A stretch of 64,000 bases of DNA from an uncultured Gammaproteobacteria bacterium (GTDB taxonomy: Bacteria > Patescibacteriota > Microgenomatia > UBA8517). How positions within the stretch are numbered: the first letter of the stretch is position 1; each line of letters begins with the position of its first letter. The notes under the pieces were generated by a model, which ran no database searches, was not told the DNA's origin, and saw nothing but the letters and a program-made list of their open reading frames with translations. The stretch is taken from contig CAZIMC010000002.1 of NCBI GenBank assembly GCA_964540475.1, forward strand, positions 6,709-70,708, in the 5' to 3' direction. The position numbers and the translations under genes were made by a program. Shown here one piece after another: positions 55,680 to 64,000 of this stretch.

Positions 55680-55905
55680 AAAATGGGGCATTCCGTGAAG
55701 CTAAAATGGTTTTGCCAAGGAATGACCCTGCTTCAGGATCGAGCAAACTTTCCTGGAAAATCCAGGTGGGTGAGCTGATTTTAACCCCACGGGGCCAAAA
55801 TACTTCGCCCTCCCAGTAAACTCAACTAGTCAGGAGAGTTTACCTCGAATCCCTTTAAACAGGGTCATATATATTCTAACAAAGCGGGTCAAGCAAATAA
55901 AAGCA

Positions 55906-56559
55906 CTAAATTAACGGGTTTCCGGGGACTAAAAGATTTAAAAGGAAATTGATTATGGGGGAGATAATCATAAAGACAGGCGATACTCCTCCTAAAATTG
56001 GGAAAATAAGGAAAAATAACATTATTATTCCAAACTGTCTCAAAAACATGTCAACCTGGTGCGATTCTTTTGGTGGTAATATTCCAACCAATATTTTTCC
56101 TCCATCAAGTGGGTGAATAGGGATTAGGTTAAAAACCGCCAGAACAACGTTAAGTAGAATGAATGGGTAAACAACATTTGTAAGCGCGTTAATAGGTGAG
56201 AAAGGTGTTGAAAATACTCTCACCAAAACAGAAAGAACAGTCGCCAATATAATATTAGCAGCTGGCCCGGCAAGTGAAATCAAGGCTGCGTCTCGCCTTG
56301 GATTAGTTAAATTGTACGGGTCAAATCTAACTGGTTTTGCCCAACCGAAAGGTATAACCGGGACACCTAAAGACCTTAGAATTACGAGTACAAAAAGAAG
56401 CGTTGTACCGACAGGGTCATAATGCACAAGAGGATTTAATGACAACCTTCCTTCCATCCGCGGTGTGGGGTCACCGAGCCTGTCAGCCGCCCAAGCGTGC
56501 GCTGCTTCGTGAATCGTTATAGCCACTGCAAAAGCTAAAAGCCAAAAAACTATTACCAT
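55906..56559 (-). CDS. Site-2 protease family (M50) zinc metalloprotease
   Basis: HEAAHAWAA (HExxH) and LNLIPIHPLDGGKIL. Confidence 0.85.
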   Translation of the reverse strand: MVIVFWLLAFAVAITIHEAAHAWAADRLGDPTPRMEGRLSLNPLVHYDPVGTTLLFVLVILRSLGVPVIPFGWAKPVRFDPYNLTNPRRDAALISLAGPAANIILATVLSVLVRVFSTPFSPINALTNVVYPFILLNVVLAVFNLIPIHPLDGGKILVGILPPKESHQVDMFLRQFGIIMLFFLIFPILGGVSPVFMIISPIINFLLNLLVPGNPLI

Positions 56560-56618
56560 AAGTTTGATAATCTCTCTCTTTATTAGTATAATCTACCAGA
56601 GCTAAAAGCTCAAAATAT

Positions 56619-56870
56619 ATGGCATATATGTGCGAAAACTGCGGTAAAACTTTAAGTGTAGGGCGAACCCAACGCCATGGACGTGGTGTTGCCGGAAAAC
56701 GCTGGAGGAAACGTGCCCAAAAGACAGTCAAGATTATTAAACCAAATATCCAAAAGATTGGGGTTTTGGTTGATGGTAAGAAAGTTTCCCTTAACCTTTG
56801 CACAAGCTGCATCAGAAGATTTAAAAAAGACGGGAAGTTAGGCTTTTATTCCTCGGTATCTGCTTCATAA
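56619..56870 (+). CDS. rpmB: Ribosomal protein bL28
   Basis: MAYMCENCGKTLSVGRTQRHGRG...LCTSCIRR. Confidence 0.75.
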   Translation: MAYMCENCGKTLSVGRTQRHGRGVAGKRWRKRAQKTVKIIKPNIQKIGVLVDGKKVSLNLCTSCIRRFKKDGKLGFYSSVSAS

Positions 56871-57835
56871 AAAACGCTTTCTGGATAGGCATCTTTGAAT
56901 TGTCCCCAGGAAACTGGGTTTTTGCCTTCAAGCTGTACAGTATCCAATACTAAGCTCACAGCAGACGGACTACTGTCTTCCGTGTGAGACTTTAAGAGTT
57001 TAATTCTCTTTTGAGCAGTAGCCTGTAGACTGTTACCTCTAAGCGAAACATGTGTCCACGCAACAGGCCAAGGTTGCATAGCACGAATAAATTGCTCAAG
57101 GGAATAGGCACTAGGCACAAGTGAACAGTTTTTAATAAAAGAAATTTCTAACTCGTCTTTAATAGATTTTCCTTGAAGGGCGGCATTTAATAATTTAGGT
57201 TTAATGAATGCGTGCTCTTTTTTAACCAGAATGGTGAAGGTTGCTTTTGTGTCGTCCTGCGGTTTGGGTCTGACCTTGCCTTTTATATACGGGGTTAAGA
57301 GTTCTGAAAGTACGTCAGCGGATCGTTCGAATAATCTGTTCCTTAATGTTTCGGTAGTGTCAGAATGCAAAATATCCTCTTTAAATTGAGTTATTATGGG
57401 GCCGTGATCAAGTTTCTCGTCAAGTTTGATTATTGTTGCTCCGGTTGTTTTTTCTCCCGAGGCAATAGCTGCCTGGACCGGCGAAGCTCCCCTGAACTTG
57501 GGAAGAAGTGAAGGGTGGATATTTAATATGCCGTGTGGAAAAAGGTTTAATACTTCTTTGGGGATAATTTCGCCAAAGCTCGCAAGAATTCCTAGATCGG
57601 CCTCAATATCGCTTTTAAGAATCTCACGGCTTGAATAAAAAACTGGTATGTTCCTGTCATGTGCCCATTCGTCAATTGGGCTAAATTGCCTGTATTTTTT
57701 TCTTCCAACTGGCTTGGGGCTTTGAGTGACAACGGCAACAATAGGAGACTTACCTGGGCCTGTCACGAATCTTTTGTGGATTTCATGAATAACAGGTACA
57801 ACGTATGCTGGTGTTCCAAAAAAGACTATTTTCAT
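56846..57835 (-). CDS. fmt: Methionyl-tRNA formyltransferase
   Basis: MKIVFFGTP, ILNIHPSLLPKFRGASPVQ. Confidence 0.9.
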   Translation of the reverse strand: MKIVFFGTPAYVVPVIHEIHKRFVTGPGKSPIVAVVTQSPKPVGRKKYRQFSPIDEWAHDRNIPVFYSSREILKSDIEADLGILASFGEIIPKEVLNLFPHGILNIHPSLLPKFRGASPVQAAIASGEKTTGATIIKLDEKLDHGPIITQFKEDILHSDTTETLRNRLFERSADVLSELLTPYIKGKVRPKPQDDTKATFTILVKKEHAFIKPKLLNAALQGKSIKDELEISFIKNCSLVPSAYSLEQFIRAMQPWPVAWTHVSLRGNSLQATAQKRIKLLKSHTEDSSPSAVSLVLDTVQLEGKNPVSWGQFKDAYPESVFYEADTEE

Positions 57836-57872
57836 ATTAATATAATTCTTCGACTTCGCTCAGGATTTCGCT

Positions 57873-58418
57873 CTATACGAGCTCAACCTCCTCCCAGTCT
57901 TTGCCTTCAAACTTGTATAACGGCTTTTTTTGCTCAAGGAGTCTGTCAATAAAAAGTATCCCATTTAGATGGTCAATTTCATGCAGAATAATTTGGGCAT
58001 ATAAATTATTAAACTCTTCTTCTTGGGTCATACCTGCTTCATCCATATATTTAATCTTTATATAATTTGGTCTTTTTATCGGTCCATAATAGTTGGGAAG
58101 CGAGAGACAGCCTTCCAATATATCCTGATTTTTCGGCTTTTTAACAGCCGCAACTTCTTTAATTTCTATTACTTCAGGGTTGATAACGACCTTTTTTACA
58201 TCTTTATGGTCTACAACAAATATTCTTACATTTTTGCCAATTTGCGGAGCGGCAAGCCCAACTCCTTCCGGATCTTTTTGAACAACCAATGTGTCTTTTA
58301 GATCCTGAATAACTTCAAGCACTTTCTTGTCAATTTTTTCAATGGGCCTACTAACTTCTCTAAGTTTCGCATCGCCGGAGTGGAGTACTTTTCTAATCAT
58401 ATCAATATTATATCCCAC
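57873..58418 (-). CDS. def: Peptide deformylase
   Basis: GVGLAAPQIG, EGCLSLP, HEIDHLNG. Confidence 0.95.
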   Translation of the reverse strand: MGYNIDMIRKVLHSGDAKLREVSRPIEKIDKKVLEVIQDLKDTLVVQKDPEGVGLAAPQIGKNVRIFVVDHKDVKKVVINPEVIEIKEVAAVKKPKNQDILEGCLSLPNYYGPIKRPNYIKIKYMDEAGMTQEEEFNNLYAQIILHEIDHLNGILFIDRLLEQKKPLYKFEGKDWEEVELV

Positions 58419-58435
58419 CTATAGTTATGATTCCA

Positions 58436-60484
58436 TTACATATTTTTAATTTCTTCCAAAAAATCTTTAATGCCTGTATCTTTTGGATCAATCTCTGTTA
58501 GCACATATTCAAGAAGTTTTATGGCTTCAGCCCTTTCTCCTTTATCGGCAAGCAAGGCAGCAAGAGTGAAATATCCCTCTTTATAATTAGGTTTAATAGT
58601 AATAACTTCACGAAGTAATGGTTCGGCAGTATCATTTTGTCCAATCCTTAAATAACTTAATGCCAGGTTAAACTTAATTTTTGCATCGGTCGGTGCTAAT
58701 CTATCAGCCTCCACCAATGTGCGATTGGCTTTTAGAAGATATGAGTTATCAACCATCGCGAGTTTGGTGAGCGAACCGGCTGTGTCTCTTTTGATATTCA
58801 AGTTGCGGGACGAAAGCCTTTGGGCGGTACTCATGTGCCTCTCAGCTAATTGGGCCAGTTCACTTGCCTCATCGCTTCTCTCGTTTTCGTGAAGGATCAA
58901 GGCAAGGTTTGTGTCTGCTTTTGCTAGCTCACTTATGTAAAGAGCCTCCCGGGGAGACAAATAAATTGCTTTTGTGAGAAAATTTCGTGCAGCCAGGTAA
59001 TTTTGGCGCTCGTTTTCAAGTTTACCCTTGGCATACAAAGTGTCTGCATACCAGTATTTTGAAATTGCGAATAGTGCATAGAGCATAGTGCATAGGACGA
59101 TAAGCAAGAAGGACTTTTGAGAGGCAGCCAAGCTGGAAATATTATTACTCTGCGCTATGGGCTTTGCGCTACTTTCTATAGTCGATGACATTGCCGGGAA
59201 AAGGAAAAACATTAGAGCTACGGTCACGACGGAGAAACCGAAAAAATTGGTAATTAAGATGCTCGCAAATCCCGCCAATAATCCTGCCTTCCAAATTTGC
59301 GAATCTTCCGAAGGATTGGTTGCAGATGGTTGTTGTTTCTTTCCTTTACTAATCTGGTATAGGCAAAATATTATTAATAATATGTAGCTTATAATTCCAA
59401 CCGTGCCTGTTGTAGCTGCGAAGTTTAAGTATTCGTTATGGGCTTTGTTGTATAAGAAGTCCCACTCAGACACCAGGTTATGTTTTACTGGTCTGAACTG
59501 ATAATAAGAAAAGGCAAAGGTTTCAAGGCCACTCCCGAAAATCGGATAGTTTTTCCAGACATCAATTGCTCCTTTCCATACAATTTTTCTTATTTCACCG
59601 GATTCGGTTCCGCCGGTTTCAAGAACTGTACCGGAAATTGGAGTAGCGGGCTGTTGTTTGTTTGTGACATTTGTAATTGATGGTGTCCAGGGGGTACCTA
59701 TTAACAGTATAAGAATTATGAATGATGAATTATGAATGATGAAAGATTTGAACGCATGTATTTTGTCTTTCCAAATTACATACGGCCAGAATATAAGCCA
59801 TGCCGCGGTTAAACCCAACATTCCGGAGCGGGACTTGGTGTATAAAAGTGTCAGAAAAAAAACTGCAGATAGAACTGTCCAGAGGTAATGCTGAATTTTC
59901 TTTTTGGAGCTCTTCATTGAAAACACCCAAGCAACAGGAATCAAAGAGACCAGCCAAGCAGCAAGCCAGTTAGGCTGACCCATGGTAGAAAAAATTCTGT
60001 TTTGTACGTCCTGAACCCACAAATTTTTATCTATACCAAAATGTTGTAGAACTCCATATGCACACACAACAAATCCTGATGCCAAAAGTGTCTTAAGCCC
60101 GGTTGTAGTTTTTTGCCTGTCGATATTACTTACATAAGCCCAGTATAGAAGGGAATAGACAATTACTGATGCGAGTCCGCCATGGAATCTGGAGTAATAT
60201 CCTAAAAATGACGTGCGCGTGTCTATTGATAAAATAGCTGATATAAATTGAGAGACTAAAAATAGTAATAAAGGTATATCCAATATTGTGCGACGAAATA
60301 CGAATTTATTCTCAATAACCATTATTCCTACCCAAGAAGCAACAATAACTGAAGTAAATGCATAAACAAGAACCAGTTTATTGAATTCAAAAATTTCAGA
60401 GCTAAAGGGATACAAAATTAAGGGAACAAAAAAAAATATACCCAGGTAGCAATAAGTAATTACCTTTTTGAATAACATTACCAT
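58436..60484 (-). CDS. O-antigen ligase-like (Wzy_C) polytopic membrane protein with C-terminal TPR repeats. It contains two in-frame tandem duplications.
   Basis: NKAHNEYLNFAATTGTVG Wzy_C motif. TPR-like C-terminal third. Repeats at 59043-59095 and 59712-59750. Confidence 0.75.
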   Translation of the reverse strand: MVMLFKKVITYCYLGIFFFVPLILYPFSSEIFEFNKLVLVYAFTSVIVASWVGIMVIENKFVFRRTILDIPLLLFLVSQFISAILSIDTRTSFLGYYSRFHGGLASVIVYSLLYWAYVSNIDRQKTTTGLKTLLASGFVVCAYGVLQHFGIDKNLWVQDVQNRIFSTMGQPNWLAAWLVSLIPVAWVFSMKSSKKKIQHYLWTVLSAVFFLTLLYTKSRSGMLGLTAAWLIFWPYVIWKDKIHAFKSFIIHNSSFIILILLIGTPWTPSITNVTNKQQPATPISGTVLETGGTESGEIRKIVWKGAIDVWKNYPIFGSGLETFAFSYYQFRPVKHNLVSEWDFLYNKAHNEYLNFAATTGTVGIISYILLIIFCLYQISKGKKQQPSATNPSEDSQIWKAGLLAGFASILITNFFGFSVVTVALMFFLFPAMSSTIESSAKPIAQSNNISSLAASQKSFLLIVLCTMLYALFAISKYWYADTLYAKGKLENERQNYLAARNFLTKAIYLSPREALYISELAKADTNLALILHENERSDEASELAQLAERHMSTAQRLSSRNLNIKRDTAGSLTKLAMVDNSYLLKANRTLVEADRLAPTDAKIKFNLALSYLRIGQNDTAEPLLREVITIKPNYKEGYFTLAALLADKGERAEAIKLLEYVLTEIDPKDTGIKDFLEEIKNM

Positions 60485-60548
60485 ACAATCTTTAAGCAGA
60501 TTTCGTATATACTGTGCTTGCTATACTACTCACTACTTAGCTTAACAA

Positions 60549-61601
60549 ATGAAAATAAAAATTGTAGACAAATTGTTCGGACTTTTTTCCCACGATGTGG
60601 GTATAGATTTGGGTACTGCCAACACATTGGTGTGGGTTTCCGGCAAAGGTGTTGTAATACGCGAGCCTTCCGTCGTTGCTAGACACAAAAAAACAAAGGA
60701 GATTCTGGCAATTGGTGCGTCAGCTAAAAAGATGCTTGGACGGGCCCCTGCGACAATTGAAACCATCAGGCCCCTTCGGGATGGTGTGATTGCGGATTTT
60801 GATGCTACTGAAGCAATGCTTACAAAATATATTAAGAAGGTTCATGAAAGTGGGACTATGTTACCCAAAATTCCCAAGCCAAAAGTGGTTATTGGTATAC
60901 CCTCGGGTGTAACAGAAGTAGAAAGAAGAGCTGTTTCTGATGCAGCAGTAGGAGCAGGAGCTCGGGAAGCGTACCTAATAGAAGAACCATTGGCAGCTGC
61001 AATTGGAGCAGGCTTACCAGTTGAATCGGCAGAAGGGGTTTTTATTGTTGATATTGGTGGAGGAACTTCGGAAATCGCTGTTATATCTCTTGGCGGTATT
61101 GTTTTGGGGCGCTCTGTAAGGACCGCGGGAGATGAGATGGATGAGGCGATAATTAATTATGTAAGACTTAAGTACTCACTACTTTTGGGGCAGCCGACAG
61201 CTGAAAGTATTAAAGTCAATATAGCTTCTTTGACAGGTGGTAAGGAAAAATTTACTGTTGTAAGGGGGCGAGATTTAGAGAGTGGGCTACCTAAATCTGT
61301 AAAACTGGAGAGTTCTGAAATCCGTGAGGCTTTGGCCCCAACCATTCAAGAAATAATTGTGAATATTGCACAAGTTCTAGAAGAGACTCCGCCAGAACTG
61401 GCTTCAGATATAATGGAAAAGGGAATATACTTGGCAGGAGGTGGGGCTCTCCTTCCGGGCATTGACAAGATGGTATCAGAAGAGACCAAAATGGATGTGT
61501 GGATTGCGGATGATCCACTAACATGCGTAGTGAGAGGCTGCGGGAAAGTCTTGGATGATTCTACCCTGGTTTCCAGAATAAAACTTACAAAAAATTATTA
61601 G
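60549..61601 (+). CDS. mreB: Rod-shape-determining actin homolog MreB (paralog 2)
   Basis: IDLGTANTLVW. 350 aa. Confidence 0.9.
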   Translation: MKIKIVDKLFGLFSHDVGIDLGTANTLVWVSGKGVVIREPSVVARHKKTKEILAIGASAKKMLGRAPATIETIRPLRDGVIADFDATEAMLTKYIKKVHESGTMLPKIPKPKVVIGIPSGVTEVERRAVSDAAVGAGAREAYLIEEPLAAAIGAGLPVESAEGVFIVDIGGGTSEIAVISLGGIVLGRSVRTAGDEMDEAIINYVRLKYSLLLGQPTAESIKVNIASLTGGKEKFTVVRGRDLESGLPKSVKLESSEIREALAPTIQEIIVNIAQVLEETPPELASDIMEKGIYLAGGGALLPGIDKMVSEETKMDVWIADDPLTCVVRGCGKVLDDSTLVSRIKLTKNY

Positions 61602-61603
61602 CT

Positions 61604-63232
61604 ATGCAGACCTTAGGGACAACCAATAAAGGAGGATGGCTTTCATGGTTCTTAAGGGGTGTTTTGTTTCTGGGTTTTATTATACTGGTTGGCAGACTTG
61701 GTGAACTTCAAATAATAAAGGGAGAGTATTATAAAAACCTATCTGAGGGTAACCGTGTAAGAAGAGTTCCTCTACCTGCCCCGAGGGGTCAAATTCTGGC
61801 ACGAGGCGGCGAGGTATTAGTTGGGAACACGAAAGTAATGAGTAGAGTTAAATATGATCCGGCCAGGGGATATGAATTAACAGATGATTTGGCAGAAGCA
61901 AGCGACGACGAAATAATTATTGATTGGTCGCGGGATTACAAATTGGGAGACGCAGCCGCACACGTAACCGGGTATTTGGGGGCGGTTTCAGAAAAAGAAG
62001 TTGGGAAAGTTGATCCATTATGTCCCGACAAAGGTCCACGTAAAGCATATTCCCTGGTGGGCAGAATGGGGTTGGAAGAAAAATATAATTGTTTATTATC
62101 AGGGGTAGATGGAGAGGAACTTATAGAGGTTGATACTGTGGGGAGAAAGGTGCGAACCATTGGGAGGAGAGACCCATTACCAGGTGCTGATATACGTGTA
62201 GCCATTGATGCTGGGTTACAAGAGACTGCATATAAGAGTTTGGAAGGAAGGAAGGGTGCTGTGGTTATAACTACTCCTAGAGGAGAAGTGATCGCGTTAG
62301 TTTCATCCCCTTCATTTGATCCTAACGAATTCAGCCGTAGGCCTGATGCCAATAAGGTCGCAGAAATTTTTGAGAATAAAGATTTACCGCTTTTTAATAG
62401 GGCAATAGGTGGCCTTTATCACCCTGGATCTGTTTTTAAGCCGGTAGTAAGCATTGCTGCCCTTGAAGAGGGTAAGATTAGTAGGGATTTTATATATCAT
62501 GATACAGGGATTATTACAGTTAATGATTTCTCTTATACGAACTGGTATTTAACACAGTATGGTGGAGTGGAGGGTGATATAGAACTAACTCGTGCACTTG
62601 CACGTTCAACAGATACATTTTTTTACAAAGTGGGTGAATTTTTGGGACCTAATAAACTAGCAGAGTGGTCTAGCAAGTTTGGCTTTGGTAAAAAGACTGG
62701 CATAGATATACCGGGGGAGGTTTTTGGTCTAGTACCTTCACCTGAATGGAAGCGGGAAGTTAAAAAAGAAAACTGGTTTTTGGGTAACACATACCATTAC
62801 GCTATTGGGCAAGGGGATTTGGCTGTGACGCCACTTGAAGTGAATATGGCAATTGCTTCTTTGGCTTCAGGGGGCTGGTATTGCACTCCCACTTTGGTCA
62901 TTGGCGAAGCGAAAACACATTGCAATGACCTGCACATTAGTGCAGCAAATATAAATCTAGTTGAGCTAGGTATGAAAAAGGCTTGTGAGGAAGGTGGAAC
63001 CGGATTTACCTTTTTTGATTTTGAGCCGCAAGTTGCCTGTAAGACTGGAACAGCTGAAACAGATGAAGAAGGGGCAAACCATGCCTGGTTTACACTATAC
63101 GGCCCCGTCGCGGAAGGATATGAGACGGAGTTGGTTATAACCGTCTTGGTTGAAAAAGCCGGAGAAGGATCTCGGGAGGCAGGGCCTGTGGCAAGAAAAA
63201 TTATGGACTTTTGGAAATCGCGTCTTCCATGA
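61604..63232 (+). CDS. mrdA: Penicillin-binding protein 2 (class B transpeptidase)
   Basis: SVFKP (SxxK), KTGTAE (KTG). N-terminal TM plus dimerisation domain. Confidence 0.9.
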   Translation: MQTLGTTNKGGWLSWFLRGVLFLGFIILVGRLGELQIIKGEYYKNLSEGNRVRRVPLPAPRGQILARGGEVLVGNTKVMSRVKYDPARGYELTDDLAEASDDEIIIDWSRDYKLGDAAAHVTGYLGAVSEKEVGKVDPLCPDKGPRKAYSLVGRMGLEEKYNCLLSGVDGEELIEVDTVGRKVRTIGRRDPLPGADIRVAIDAGLQETAYKSLEGRKGAVVITTPRGEVIALVSSPSFDPNEFSRRPDANKVAEIFENKDLPLFNRAIGGLYHPGSVFKPVVSIAALEEGKISRDFIYHDTGIITVNDFSYTNWYLTQYGGVEGDIELTRALARSTDTFFYKVGEFLGPNKLAEWSSKFGFGKKTGIDIPGEVFGLVPSPEWKREVKKENWFLGNTYHYAIGQGDLAVTPLEVNMAIASLASGGWYCTPTLVIGEAKTHCNDLHISAANINLVELGMKKACEEGGTGFTFFDFEPQVACKTGTAETDEEGANHAWFTLYGPVAEGYETELVITVLVEKAGEGSREAGPVARKIMDFWKSRLP

Positions 63233-64000
63233 CCGAAAAAGAGACACTGCTTGCACTAACGACTTTCGTACCCTTTGGTCCTGCAAGGCTGGGCTTGCTT
63301 ATTAATTATTTTGGCTCTGCCAAACGAGTGTGGAAAGCTTCTCGTACACAGTTACTTAAAGTTGGGTTGAGCCCCAAAATTGTCGAAACATTTCTGAAAC
63401 ATAAAGAAAATTTCCCGCGCGACTATTTTGATAGTTTAAGATTGAAGAACATTAGCTATATTACACAAGCGGATGATGCGTATCCGGAGAAATTAAAAGC
63501 GCAAAATGGCTCACCCGTTACTCTATATCTAAAGGGAAATGTAGATTGCCTCTTAGAAAAGTCTGTTGCAATCGTGGGAAGTAGAAAAATGACATCCTAC
63601 GGAAAGGAAGTGGCCGATATTTTTACACGGGACCTGGTTTTGGCTGGTGTGGCAATTATTTCAGGTCTTGCTCGTGGTATAGATACTGTTGCGCACAGGT
63701 CAACTGTTGATAGCGGTGGAAAAACTATTGCAGTGTTGGGTTGTGGTCTAGATAGCATTTATCCTCCTGAAAACACCAATTTAGCTCGCGAAATTGTCGA
63801 AAAAGGTGGGTCGCTAATTTCGGAATACCCCTTAGGATATCCGGCTTTCCCTGTAAATTTTGCAAATCGAAATAGAATAGTATCGGGGCTATCAGATGCG
63901 GTACTAGTAATTGAAGGTGCTGAAAAGAGCGGCACACTATTAACTGCTTCCCACGCGGCGGATCAAGGAAAAACTGTCTTTGCGGTACCCGGGCAAATAA
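63229..64000 (+). CDS. dprA: DNA-processing protein DprA/Smf (partial; runs off the window end, so it is absent from the ORF track)
   Basis: Hand translation: IVGSRKMTSYGKEVADIFTRDLVLAGVAIISGLARGIDTVAHRSTVDSGGKTIAVLGCGLDSIYPPEN. ATGA overlap with mrdA. Confidence 0.8.
   Translation, partial: MTEKETLLALTTFVPFGPARLGLLINYFGSAKRVWKASRTQLLKVGLSPKIVETFLKHKENFPRDYFDSLRLKNISYITQADDAYPEKLKAQNGSPVTLYLKGNVDCLLEKSVAIVGSRKMTSYGKEVADIFTRDLVLAGVAIISGLARGIDTVAHRSTVDSGGKTIAVLGCGLDSIYPPENTNLAREIVEKGGSLISEYPLGYPAFPVNFANRNRIVSGLSDAVLVIEGAEKSGTLLTASHAADQGKTVFAVPGQI

Noticed and set aside
55616-55819. ORF 55616..55819 (+)
   Set aside because: It begins inside the duplicated tRNA fragment and promoter of the tRNA-Thr operon. 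There is no coding signal.
1-64000. CRISPR arrays, rRNA genes, transposases or integrases
   Set aside because: No regularly spaced direct repeats, no rRNA-like conserved blocks, and no DDE or tyrosine/serine recombinase catalytic domains were seen. The only recombinase-like sequence is the non-catalytic SAM-like N-terminus of the giant surface protein.

Overview
Standard-code bacterial window, AT-rich, about 60 protein genes, densely packed and mostly housekeeping. The gene content and architecture look like a streamlined Patescibacteria/CPR-type genome (inference; no search was possible). Identified genes: leuS, argS, tyrS, a split comEA/comEC, ndk, two mreB paralogs, mrdA (PBP2), dprA, the def-fmt pair, the secE-nusG-rplKAJL ribosomal cluster, rpmG, rpmB, rpsU, rnhB and 7 tRNAs. 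Seven things stand out. (1) A compact cluster of four RimK-like ATP-grasp ligase paralogs at 33.4-39.9 kb, one fused to a retropepsin-like 'Zn-protease' domain, together with a 7TM membrane protein, a gamma-glutamyl-hydrolase-like class-I amidotransferase (C26) and a conserved unknown protein. This looks like an uncharacterised peptide or poly-amino-acid tailing/trimming system. (2) Two paralogous structured leader elements of about 250-290 nt sit upstream of unknown genes; they share a GGTGGTACCGC box and have covarying terminator hairpins. One leader precedes a Pol-beta nucleotidyltransferase and PqqB-like MBL hydrolase operon. (3) A recurring 17-19 nt motif GGCCAAGCT(NN)GCTTA(C) occurs at four sites or more. 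Twice it lies next to a duplicated copy of the neighbouring gene terminus (the uppS 3' end and the tRNA-Thr 5' end), and an orphan excisionase-family HTH gene is nearby. This looks like the footprint of a small integrative or duplicative element. (4) A 1157-aa membrane protein carries two N-terminal integrase-type SAM-like domains and an internal Peptidase_S74 self-cleaving motif. (5) A nicotianamine-synthase-like gene is translationally coupled to a GNAT acetyltransferase. (6) comEC is interrupted by a single in-frame TAG. (7) In-frame microsatellite-like tandem duplications occur inside leuS, argS and an O-antigen-ligase-like gene. No CRISPR array, rRNA or transposase was seen.
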